Positions 1 to 8,700 of a stretch of DNA of 32,000 bases are shown here, in pieces. The notes beneath the pieces are model-generated. The model was given only the letters and a program-made list of their open reading frames with translations, had not been told where the DNA came from and did not search any database. This DNA comes from Brasilonema sp. UFV-L1 (lineage in GTDB: Bacteria > Cyanobacteriota > Cyanobacteriia > Cyanobacteriales > Nostocaceae): the NCBI RefSeq assembly GCF_012912105.1, contig NZ_QMEA01000013.1:39894-71893 (forward strand). Direction: 5' to 3'. The position numbers and the translations under genes are program-made. How positions within the stretch are numbered: position 1 is the stretch's first letter; each line of letters opens with the position of its first letter.

Positions 1-1
1 G

Positions 2-508
2 ACTCCTTCAGCCCCGCCTACACCAATCAGCCCTACACCTGAAGTGCGGAAGTTGGAGCAGGAAACTCAACTGACTACTCGGATTGAAACTAGCTCGGAG
101 CGAGTATCCACCAGTAATGCAAATGGAACTCAACTCGTGCAGGAAAGTGTGGAGATAATAGCACAGACTGTTGCAACAGCAACATTCGTCCCCACACCAT
201 CAGACTCCCTTGAATCTAATCCTTTGACCAAAATCCTACTAGCGGTAGTCAGTCAGAAGACGGGTTATCCTGCGGAAATGCTGGAGCTAGACATGGATAT
301 GGAAGCCGATTTGGGGATTGATTCGATTAAACGAGTGGAAATCTTCGGCGCACTCCAGGATCAATTCCCTGATGCGCCCAAAACCAGTACCGAAGAACTC
401 ACAGAACTGCGCACCCTCGGCCAAATTATTAGCTATATGCAACAGCAGGCAAAGGCGGCTGAAAAAAAAAGTTTGGAGATGAGGCAGCCAGTCAGCAGCC
501 GAGCTTAA
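2..508 (+). CDS. PfaA/HglE-type PUFA/heterocyst-glycolipid-synthase-like subunit, C-terminal carrier-protein (ACP) region; 5' end outside the window
   Basis: The frame is open from the window edge. A P/A/T-rich inter-ACP linker (TPSAPPTPISPTPE) is followed by the tandem-ACP-type motif EADLGIDSIKRVEIFGAL (Ser codon 323-325). It ends at TAA 506-508, shortly after the A9 run at 462-470. Confidence 0.85.
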   Translation, partial: TPSAPPTPISPTPEVRKLEQETQLTTRIETSSERVSTSNANGTQLVQESVEIIAQTVATATFVPTPSDSLESNPLTKILLAVVSQKTGYPAEMLELDMDMEADLGIDSIKRVEIFGALQDQFPDAPKTSTEELTELRTLGQIISYMQQQAKAAEKKSLEMRQPVSSRA

Positions 509-552
509 ATCACAATTTAAATCACAATATTCAACGCAGCCTAGTCAGGCTA

Positions 553-1245
553 ATGGTCTTACCTGAACCTGACTATCTAGATTTTTCCTTACCAGAACAT
601 CACATTTGCTTGCTCACTGATGACGGCTCTGTGACTACCACGAAATTAGCACAGTCCCTGACTGCACAAGGATGGAAGATTGTAGTTTTGAGTTTTCCCC
701 AATTCTTGATTGCTGAACAATCTCCTTTACCTGAAGGCATCAGTCGAGTGGTACTTGAAAATCTGAGCGAGGATTGTCTTAAACAACACTTAGCTGGAAT
801 AACGGCAACCTACGGTTCCATTGGCGCTTTTATCCATCTACATCCTTTATTCCCGGTCAGCGAGAACGGTGAAGTCTGTTATCTAGAAGCGGATAAGGCG
901 ATCGTCAAGCAGATCTTTCTCATGGCTAAACATCTCAAACAATCGCTCAACCAAGCATCCTGCCAAGGAAACAGTTGTTTTCTCACCGCTACTCGTCTCG
1001 ATGGAGCATTCGGTTTGCAACAAAACGTAAAATTTAGCGCGATCAGCGCTGGTTTGTTTGGATTGACTAAATCCCTAAACTTTGAATGGAAATCTGTGTT
1101 TTGCCGAGCGCTCGATTTGAGTCCCAATCTCAATGCTGAGCAGTCAGTTCAGGCCATCATTGCCGAACTGCATGACCCGAATCGCAATCACACCGAAGTT
1201 GGGTATAGTTCTCAGGGAAGAACAACCCTTATCAGTGAGCTTTAG
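553..1245 (+). CDS. Structural (pseudo-KR) half of the synthase ketoreductase region; continuation of the upstream subunit in the -1 frame (frame actually open from 463)
   Basis: Motifs typical of the region between the last ACP and the catalytic KR of PfaA-like proteins: LPEPDYLDF, HICLLTDDGSVTTTKLAQSLTAQGWKIVVL, GLTKSLNFEWKSVFCRALDL, EVGYSSQGRTTL. Conserved sequence (NIQRSLVRL) already lies upstream of the ATG at 553. Confidence 0.7.
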   Translation: MVLPEPDYLDFSLPEHHICLLTDDGSVTTTKLAQSLTAQGWKIVVLSFPQFLIAEQSPLPEGISRVVLENLSEDCLKQHLAGITATYGSIGAFIHLHPLFPVSENGEVCYLEADKAIVKQIFLMAKHLKQSLNQASCQGNSCFLTATRLDGAFGLQQNVKFSAISAGLFGLTKSLNFEWKSVFCRALDLSPNLNAEQSVQAIIAELHDPNRNHTEVGYSSQGRTTLISEL

Positions 1246-1460
1246 CTGATCTGAAAATGGGTAAAAGGTTACCAGATTTTTAGGGCAGTGGGCGTAGCCC
1301 AGTTTTTAGGGCGAAGCCCCTCTCTTTTTAAGTAAGTTTGAGATTTTCATCCAACTTTCATAAACGTTACCGTTAGCTTCAAGGCAAGTAAAGTAGCCCA
1401 TAAGCAAGGCTTGCGCCTTAATCATAGAAGTTTGAGCAAAAAACTTAGCACACTTAGGGA

Positions 1461-2258
1461 GTGATTCAATTGACAGCACAGCTAGACGGAAAAGTTGCTT
1501 TGGTGACTGGTGGCGGCTCAGGAATTGGTAGAGCTACGGCACTAGCAATGGCCAGAGAAGGAGCGAAAGTTGTCATTGCCGATGTGGGTATTAAGGGAGG
1601 TGAAGAAACAGTACACCTCATCCAAGAAGCCAACGGTGAGGCAATCTTCGTTCCAACTGATGTCTCTAAGGCAACTGAGGTTAGAACTTTGATCAAGAAA
1701 GTGGTCGCGCTCTATGGCTCGCTCGATTGCGCCATTAACAATGCTGGAATCGACGGAAACACCGCTGCAACGGCTGCCTGCACTGAAGAAAACTGGGATC
1801 GAGTGATCAACATCAACTTAAAAGGTGTGTGGTTGTGTATGAAATACGAGATTCCCGAAATGCGACAGCAAGGTGGTGGCTCCATAATCAACATGGCGTC
1901 GGTAGCTGGTTTAAGAAGCGGATTACAACGTTTTCCTGCCTACACAACAAGTAAGCATGGTGTAGTTGGGTTAACTAAAGCTGCTGCTGTGGAATACGCA
2001 AGAGTAGGTATCCGCGTCAACGCGGTTTGTCCAGGTTGGATCCTAACGCCAATGCTCGCCATCGACGATCAGCTTGAAGCTTGGGTCAAGAGCGTAGTAC
2101 CTGCCGGACGTTTTGGAACTCCGGAAGAGGTTGCCCAAGCAGTAGTCTGGCTTTCCTCGGATGCCGCTTCGTTTGTGACCGGACACACTCTAGTAGTGGA
2201 CGGCGGTTTTATGGTGGGCGCAGGCAGCTACAGTCTGAATTCAGGAATTAATAGTTAA
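1461..2258 (+). CDS. Classical short-chain dehydrogenase/reductase (FabG-like 3-oxoacyl reductase family), free-standing
   Basis: GKVALVTGGGSGIGRA cofactor motif, NNAG, and the catalytic S...YTTSK...PG pattern. GTG start preceded by AGGGA. Hand GC counts on two lines are about 55%, above neighbouring genes. Confidence 0.85.
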   Translation: MIQLTAQLDGKVALVTGGGSGIGRATALAMAREGAKVVIADVGIKGGEETVHLIQEANGEAIFVPTDVSKATEVRTLIKKVVALYGSLDCAINNAGIDGNTAATAACTEENWDRVININLKGVWLCMKYEIPEMRQQGGGSIINMASVAGLRSGLQRFPAYTTSKHGVVGLTKAAAVEYARVGIRVNAVCPGWILTPMLAIDDQLEAWVKSVVPAGRFGTPEEVAQAVVWLSSDAASFVTGHTLVVDGGFMVGAGSYSLNSGINS

Positions 2259-2339
2259 GCTTGCCTCTTTTAAAGAAACCAAAACTTCTTTAGTAATCAA
2301 TTCAAAACTCAAACTTTAAAATTCAAAATTGGGTTCATG

Positions 2340-2607
2340 ATATCGAAAGCTCAAATTAACCGCTCGTAGATGTATCCCCACATCTCCCCAAACATACCCA
2401 ATTTGGGGAGATGCTACGAGCGTGCAGTCTAAGGTCTAAGACCTACGTTGATTGAGTCATGACACTAATAAATGAACGCCAGTTTGTTGCTCTGTCGATT
2501 GTCATTAAGGCACGAATTAATTACATACAGATTCGCGTGTGGCAGTCCTAACAAGCTCTTTCAACTTTGACGAGGCAAACATTACTTAGTAATAAGGCTG
2601 ACAGAAT
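2340..2607 (+). ncRNA. Candidate IscB omega-RNA (guide about 2340-2360, scaffold about 2361-2607); boundaries approximate
   Basis: Lies immediately 5' of iscB in the same orientation. Nested hairpin: CGCTCGTAG(2361-2369)/CTACGAGCG(2414-2422) enclosing CATCTCCCCA(2381-2390)/TGGGGAGATG(2404-2413). Long-range pair GTTGATTGAG(2447-2456)/CTCTTTCAAC(2556-2565). Sequence blocks and compensatory stems are shared with the leader of the second iscB copy. Confidence 0.5.
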
Positions 2608-3879
2608 ATGTCAAATTACGTTTTTCTCATTGACCAAAACAAAGTTCCACTCAATCCAGTACATCCAGCACACGCAAGGAAACTACTAGACTCTGGAAAA
2701 GCAGCCGTCTTTAGGCGTTATCCGTTTGTACTGATTTTGAAGCGACCTATTGAAAATCCCAATGTGTATTCGCTTACGCTCAAAATCGACCCTGGTTCTA
2801 AGTTTACTGGTATTGCTCTGGTGACTAATCAAGGTGATGTTGTTTGGGCAATGGAGCTACAGCATCGAGGTCAACAAATCAAAGATGCCCTAGAACATCG
2901 CCTAGCAATGCGTAGAGGACGCCGGAACCGCAATACACGTTATAGACAAGCAAGATTTCTCAATCGCAAACGTCCAAATAGTTGGTTAGCTCCATCATTG
3001 CGGCATCGTGTTTTAACAGTTGAGACTTGGGTCAAACGTTTGCAAAAGTTTGCTCCTATTGGTTCTTTTGCTCAGGAATTAGTGAAGTTCGATACTCAAG
3101 CTATTCAAAATCCTGAAATATCTGGAACTGAGTACCAGCAAGGAACGTTGCACGGTTATGAGTGTCGTGAGTATTTGTTAGAGAAATGGAATCGGCAGTG
3201 TGCCTATTGTGGTGTTAAAGACGTTTCTCTTGAGATTGAGCATATCCAACCAAAATCAAAAGGTGGGTCTGACAGAATATCTAACCTTTGCTTAGCTTGC
3301 CACAAGTGCAATCAACGCAAAGGAAACAAGGATATTAAGGATTTCTTAAAAGGTAAGTCAGACGTGTTGAACCGAGTATTGAGACAAGCCAAAGCACCAT
3401 TGAAAGATGCAGCATCTGTAAATGCTACCAGATGGGCACTCTTCAGTGCTTTGAAATCTTTCGACTTACCTGTCAGCACTGGGACGGGAGGGCAAACCAA
3501 GTTCAACCGGATTCGTTTTGAATTACCCAAAGCTCATTGGATTGATGCAGCTTGTGTTGGTGTGGTCGGAACCATAAAACTGGTCACCGCCAAAATTCTA
3601 AAGGTAAAAGCAACTGGTTTTGGTGGTAGACAGCGATGTCAGACAAACAAATTTGGCTACCCACAAAAACACCGCCCATTGCGTCCAATACTTGGTTTTT
3701 CAACTGGTGACATTGTTCGGGCTGATGTTCCCAAAGGTAAATATACAGGAACTTTTACCGCCCGAGTTTGCCCAATGTCGCATGGTTACGGAGAGTTTGT
3801 GATCAATAAAAAACGGAGGTCAATCAAATTGGACTACTTAACGCCTGTTCATCGTAAGGATGGTTACGACTATGCATGA
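2608..3879 (+). CDS. iscB: IscB, OMEGA-type RNA-guided nuclease (RRXRR/HNH/split RuvC), copy 1, apparently intact
   Basis: N-terminal PLMP-like domain (MSNYVFLID..PLNPVHPA.ARKLL). RuvC-I KIDPGS (D61). Arg-rich bridge RRGRRNRNTRYRQARFLNRKRP. RuvC-II E in QELVKFD. HNH with CAYC...EIEHIQPKSKGGSDRISNLCLACHKCNQRKG. RuvC-III HWIDAACVG. Confidence 0.85.
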   Translation: MSNYVFLIDQNKVPLNPVHPAHARKLLDSGKAAVFRRYPFVLILKRPIENPNVYSLTLKIDPGSKFTGIALVTNQGDVVWAMELQHRGQQIKDALEHRLAMRRGRRNRNTRYRQARFLNRKRPNSWLAPSLRHRVLTVETWVKRLQKFAPIGSFAQELVKFDTQAIQNPEISGTEYQQGTLHGYECREYLLEKWNRQCAYCGVKDVSLEIEHIQPKSKGGSDRISNLCLACHKCNQRKGNKDIKDFLKGKSDVLNRVLRQAKAPLKDAASVNATRWALFSALKSFDLPVSTGTGGQTKFNRIRFELPKAHWIDAACVGVVGTIKLVTAKILKVKATGFGGRQRCQTNKFGYPQKHRPLRPILGFSTGDIVRADVPKGKYTGTFTARVCPMSHGYGEFVINKKRRSIKLDYLTPVHRKDGYDYA

Positions 3880-5641
3880 ATCTGGACAAAATGACCACAT
3901 ATGTACAGATATATCCAGATATCAAGTGACAATTTCTAACCCATCATCTGTTTTTCTTGTCAGCGGCGGTGCCAAAGGGATTACCGCTCAGTGTGTGATC
4001 AGATTAGCCCAGCGTTATCGATGCAAATGGATCTTGCTGGGACGTTCAGAGAACGCCCCAATTGAGCCAGCTTGGGTCAGGGATTCACTAAGTGAATCCG
4101 AATTAAAAAAACGGATTATGGAAGACCTCCTTGCTCAAGGAGAGAAACCTACACCGATGAAAGTACAAAAAGTGTTTAACACGATTTCATCCCGACGAGA
4201 AATCCAAAAAACGCTCTCTACGCTTGAACAAGTAGGCAGTCAGGCAGAATATCTAAGCGTAGATGTGACCAATCCTGTGACCCTACGGGAGAAGCTTGCT
4301 GTTGCTGTTGAGCGCCTAGGACCGATTACCGGCATCATTCACGGAGCCGGAAATCTCGCGGATAAGTTGATTGAAAAGAAAACAGAACAGGATTTTGAAA
4401 CCGTTTTTGCTGCCAAAGTCAAGGGTTTAGAAAATTTGTTGAGTAGCGTGAGTTTGAGTCAACTCGATTATTTAGTGCTGTTTTCTTCTGTTGCTGGCTT
4501 TTATGGCAATGCTGGTCAGACTGACTACGCGATCGCCAACGAAATCCTCAACAAATCTGCTCATCTCGTTAAGCAGTACCATCCCAACTGCCATGTAGTG
4601 GCAATTAACTGGGGTCCTTGGGACAGTGGTATGGTTACTCCGGAATTAAAGAAGGCATTCGCCCAGCGCAATATTGAAGTGATTCCCATTGAAGTTGGAG
4701 CCCAAATGCTGGTTGAAGAACTGAGTGCTGCCCATCATGAAACAGCGCAAGTGATCATCGGTAGCCCGCTAACTCCACCTGCTGAGGCATTAGACCCCGA
4801 GTTACGTAGCTACCGCATCCGTCGCCGCTTAACCCTAGAAGCTAATCCATTTTTGCAAGATCACGTCATTGGTGGCAATCCAGTTTTGCCTGCCACATGT
4901 GCTGTATCCTGGATTATCAATAGCTGCGAACAGCTCTATCCCGGTTATAAATTTTTCCGTTTAGAAAATTTCCAAGTTTTAAAGGGCATAGTTTTTGACG
5001 GTACCCAGGCAAATGAGTTCATTTTAGATGTGCGAGAAGTAACCAAAACTGATGCAAATGAAGTCACGTTTGAGGTTAGAATATGGAGCGAAAAAGAAAA
5101 AGGTAAAATTCGCTTTCATTACACTGGTTTGGTAGAACTTCGCCAACAAAGCTCTGCTTCACCTGTCTATAATCCAGTCGATAATACTTCAAGCAAGACA
5201 ATTACAGGATTGTCTCTTTATCAAAGTAAAACCCTTTTTCATGGATTAACTTTTCAGGGAATAGAACGAGTTTTGGATATCAATGAAAAATCACTAACGA
5301 TGCAGTGTATTTTGCCAAAAATCGAAAATAAACAACAAGGTCAGTTTCGGTCGCACCCCTTTAATCCCTACACAGCTGACGTTTTAGTTCAAAGCGCCTT
5401 GATTTGGAGTCAACATTTACATCAAGTCGGCTGTTTACCTTCAGAAATTCAGCAAATTACACAGTTTAAAAGTATTCCATTTGACCAACATTTTTGGGCT
5501 ACTTTGGAGATAAAAATCAAGACAGAAACGCAAATTATTTGTGATATCACAACCTACGATAGTCTAGGGGAAATCTATATGCATCTATCAGGTGTTAAGT
5601 TTACTATTAGTAAAAGTTTGAAATTTTTAGAGAAGAAATAA
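3860..5641 (+). CDS. Catalytic ketoreductase + polyketide-type dehydratase (PS-DH) portion of the PfaA/HglE-like subunit, now a separate ORF (start uncertain: ATG 3860 or 3872)
   Basis: SSVFLVSGGAKGITAQCVIRLA NADPH motif. Catalytic region SSVAGFYGNAGQTDYAIAN. DH motif HVIGGNPVLP (His codon 4862-4864). The ORF start overlaps the iscB stop by 20 nt. Confidence 0.8.
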   Translation: MVTTMHESGQNDHICTDISRYQVTISNPSSVFLVSGGAKGITAQCVIRLAQRYRCKWILLGRSENAPIEPAWVRDSLSESELKKRIMEDLLAQGEKPTPMKVQKVFNTISSRREIQKTLSTLEQVGSQAEYLSVDVTNPVTLREKLAVAVERLGPITGIIHGAGNLADKLIEKKTEQDFETVFAAKVKGLENLLSSVSLSQLDYLVLFSSVAGFYGNAGQTDYAIANEILNKSAHLVKQYHPNCHVVAINWGPWDSGMVTPELKKAFAQRNIEVIPIEVGAQMLVEELSAAHHETAQVIIGSPLTPPAEALDPELRSYRIRRRLTLEANPFLQDHVIGGNPVLPATCAVSWIINSCEQLYPGYKFFRLENFQVLKGIVFDGTQANEFILDVREVTKTDANEVTFEVRIWSEKEKGKIRFHYTGLVELRQQSSASPVYNPVDNTSSKTITGLSLYQSKTLFHGLTFQGIERVLDINEKSLTMQCILPKIENKQQGQFRSHPFNPYTADVLVQSALIWSQHLHQVGCLPSEIQQITQFKSIPFDQHFWATLEIKIKTETQIICDITTYDSLGEIYMHLSGVKFTISKSLKFLEKK

Positions 5642-5764
5642 TCATTGATATCCCAAAAAATAGGTTATATTCAGCTTTTTTCAAGAAAAATCATCAAAAC
5701 GTAGGTTAAAGCAATCTCGTGTCATTAAGAGTATGCAAACCTATTTTTACCAACAAACTAAATC

Positions 5765-8700
5765 ATGGAAAAAATTGCAATTATCGGATTATCCTGCCTC
5801 TTTCCTGATGCTCAAACCCCCAAGCAGTTTTGGCATAATCTTGTCACAGGGAAAGATTCAGTAGCCTTAGCAACTGAAGAACAAATGGGAGTCGAGCCTG
5901 ACCTGCTTTATGATCCCATAAAAGGAAGAACGACAGAAACGGGGAAATATTATTGCAAGCGAGGCGGATATATCAGAAATTTTAAGTTCGATCCAACTGG
6001 CTATAGAATTTCTCCAGAGTTATTGAAAAGTTTAGATCCTATCTATCAATGGTCTCTCTATGTCTCGAAACAAGCTTTACAGGATAGCGGTTATTTAGGA
6101 AATCCTTCGGCTCTTTCAAAATGCGGGGTCATTTTAGGAAACCTCTCTTCTCCTACAAGATATTCATATCGTCTGATTGCTCCCATTTATCAAAGAGTTG
6201 TTGATTCAGCGATTCAGGCGCTTTTGCATCATCAAGATTTCCAGTTGGAAAAATTGCTTTTACCGGATAACATATCCCCGCTCAATATCTTGACGGCTGG
6301 CTATCCGTCAGCCATTGTTGCCCAAGCGCTATCTTTATCGGGCATCAATTTTTCCCTGGATGCTGCTTGCGCTTCATCGTTGTACGCTATCAGGCTGGCG
6401 TGTGAGTACCTGAGATTCCGGAAAGCTGACTTGATGTTAGCGGGAGCCATCAGCTGTACCGACCCGTTTATGACCCATTCGGTATTTTCCCTCTTCCAGG
6501 CGTACCCAGATGATGGTATAGGTCGTCCCTTGGATAACTCTTCTGGTGGACTGATGACTGGAGAAGGAGCGGGCATGCTGGTTCTCAAACGATACAGTGA
6601 TGCCAAGAGAGATGGCGATCAGATTTACGCCACAATCCTGAGTGCTGGCTTATCCAACGACGGCAGAGGAAAACATTTTCTTAGCCCGAATCCAAAAGGT
6701 CAGATTCTTGCTTTTGAACGCGCTTATGCCGAGGCAGGGATTAATCCCCAAAGCATCGATTATGTAGAATGCCATGCAACTGGAACCCCTTTAGGCGATC
6801 GCACTGAACTCAATTCAATGGAGACGTTCTTCGGTCAGTATGGAGCTTCACCACTGATCGGTTCTGTCAAATCTAACCTGGGTCACCTCCTGACTGCTGC
6901 TGGGATGCCCAGCCTGATCAAAGTTATCCTGAGTATGAATGAGGGTCTGATTCCCCCAACCATTCATGTGCGTGAATCCTTATCCTCTGACAATAATATC
7001 ATCGCCGCTGAAAACGTGGTAAAATGTGCCACACCTTGGCCTGGGCAACCTACGCTTAAACGCGCAGCCGTCAGTGCGTTTGGTTTTGGCGGAACCAACT
7101 CGCACCTCATTCTTGAGCGAGGAAATCAGAGTACTTCAATTCCATCGCCGAGAACAGAAGAAGGTACATCAGCACAACCTGAAAAAATGGCGATTGTGGG
7201 CATGGAGGCCTTTTTTGGTCCCTGTGAGAACTTGAACGCATTCGAGCGCTGCATTTATGACGGTTCCCAACAGTTCATTCCTCTTCCTGATACTCGCTGG
7301 CAGGGCATTGAAGAGCAACAGCAATTGCTCAAAGACTATAAATTGACCAGCGCTGAGGCTCCATTAGGAGCCTATATCAAAAATTTTAAAATGGACTATC
7401 TGCGTTCCAGAATTCCTCCTGATGAAGCTGAGCGACCGATTCCCCAACAACTCTTAATTATGCAGGTTGCTGAGGGAGCCATCAAAAATGCCGGACTTGA
7501 AGAAGGGGCAAACGTGGCTGTGATCGTCGCCATGGGAACCGAACTGACTGCCCACAAAGTGCGAGCTCGATGTGATATATCTTGGCAAACCGAAAAAAGC
7601 GTTGCTCAAGCTAATATCCCCCTGCCTCCTGAGAAAATAAAGGAACTGGAAACCATTGCTAATAATAGCCTCACCAACTCTGAACTGGAAACCATTGCTG
7701 CTCATAACAGCCTCAACAAAAATGTGCATATCAAGGTCAACCAGTGCATAAGCTTCATTGGCAATATTATGGCCAGTCGGATTTCCGCCTTGTGGAATTT
7801 TTCTGGTCCTTCATTTACAGTATCAGCGGAAGAAAATTCAACTTTTAAGGCGCTAGACATTGCCCAAATGCTGCTTACCGAAAACAAGGTGGATGCAGTC
7901 GTTGTGGGAGCTGTCGATTTGACAGGTGGCATTGAAAATGTTCTATTTCGCAACCAAATAGCCCAAATCAATACGGGCAAACCAACGCTGAGTTACGACC
8001 GCGACGCCAATGGTTGGCTGGTTGGTGAAGGTGCGGGAGCTGTCGTCTTAAAGCGCCTGGATACAGCCAAACAAAATCAAGACTGCATTTATGCGGTGAT
8101 TGATGCAATTAGTATACTTCAAGAAAATTCCCCTTTAGAAACTACAGATACTCTCCCACAGTCGCCAGTAGCAGAACCCGTAAGCCTTGCCTGCTTGCAT
8201 GCTTTCCAGCAAGCAGGCATCAAGCCTACAGACATCGGTTATCTCGAAGTCTTTGGCTCTGGCATAGCTCAGGAAGACGAAGCAGAGATTGGTGGGTTAC
8301 TACGAGCTTATCAAACCTCTGGGTCTGAATTAAGCTGTGCTATCGGCAGTGTCAAGGCCAATATTGGTCATACTTATGCTGCTTCAGGCATGGCAAGTTT
8401 AATCAAAACTGCGCTCTGCTTATACAACCGATATATTCCTGCAACACCTCAATGGTCTGGTCCCAAGAAACCAGAGGCTTGGCAGGGTAGCCCGTTTTAT
8501 GTCGCTTGTGAATCCAGACTATGGTCTTTAGAAGAAACAATCGTCAAGAGAGTTGCGGCGATTAATGGACTCGGGATAGATCGCAGCTACGCCCATTTGA
8601 TTTTGTCAGAAGACCCAACTCAGCAAAATCGCAGCAATCGGTATTTAGAACAAGTTCCATTTTATCTGTTTCCCCTGGCTGCAGCTAATCAATCAGAGCT

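Larger units (their letters stand above)
2340..3935 (+). mobile_element. Non-autonomous IS200/IS605-type IscB element (omega-RNA + iscB, no tnpA); ends approximate
   Basis: Left limit is inferred from where leader similarity to copy 2 fades. Right limit is inferred from the weak hairpin ATCTGGA(3880-3886)/TCCAGAT(3914-3920) followed by an AGTGACAA box (3925-3932), which also follows the copy 2 hairpin. No HUH/Y1 transposase ORF is nearby. Confidence 0.4.

Noticed and set aside
1249-1259. Possible target-site-duplication-like similarity between the left junction (ATCTGAAAATG, 1249-1259) and the right junction (ATCTGGACAAAATG, 3880-3893). Also GTAAAAGGTTAC (about 1261-1272) resembles CGTAAGGATGGTTAC at the iscB-1 3' end.
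   Set aside because: The matches are short, gapped and in different reading frames. IS200/IS605-type elements do not make target duplications. I mention it only as a candidate recombination core, to be tested if excision is examined.
2259-2340. AAATTCAAAATT-type A/T-rich motif after the SDR gene, also seen at 24866-24890
   Set aside because: It is a common low-complexity intergenic motif in Nostoc-like genomes, too short and degenerate to call as a specific element.
7643-7720. Checked tandem and phased repeats (39-nt duplication, Pho-box-like units, CTTGTC octamers) as possible CRISPR arrays
   Set aside because: There is no series of 25-40-nt direct repeats separated by unique spacers anywhere in the window, and no cas genes. 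IscB is a stand-alone OMEGA nuclease.
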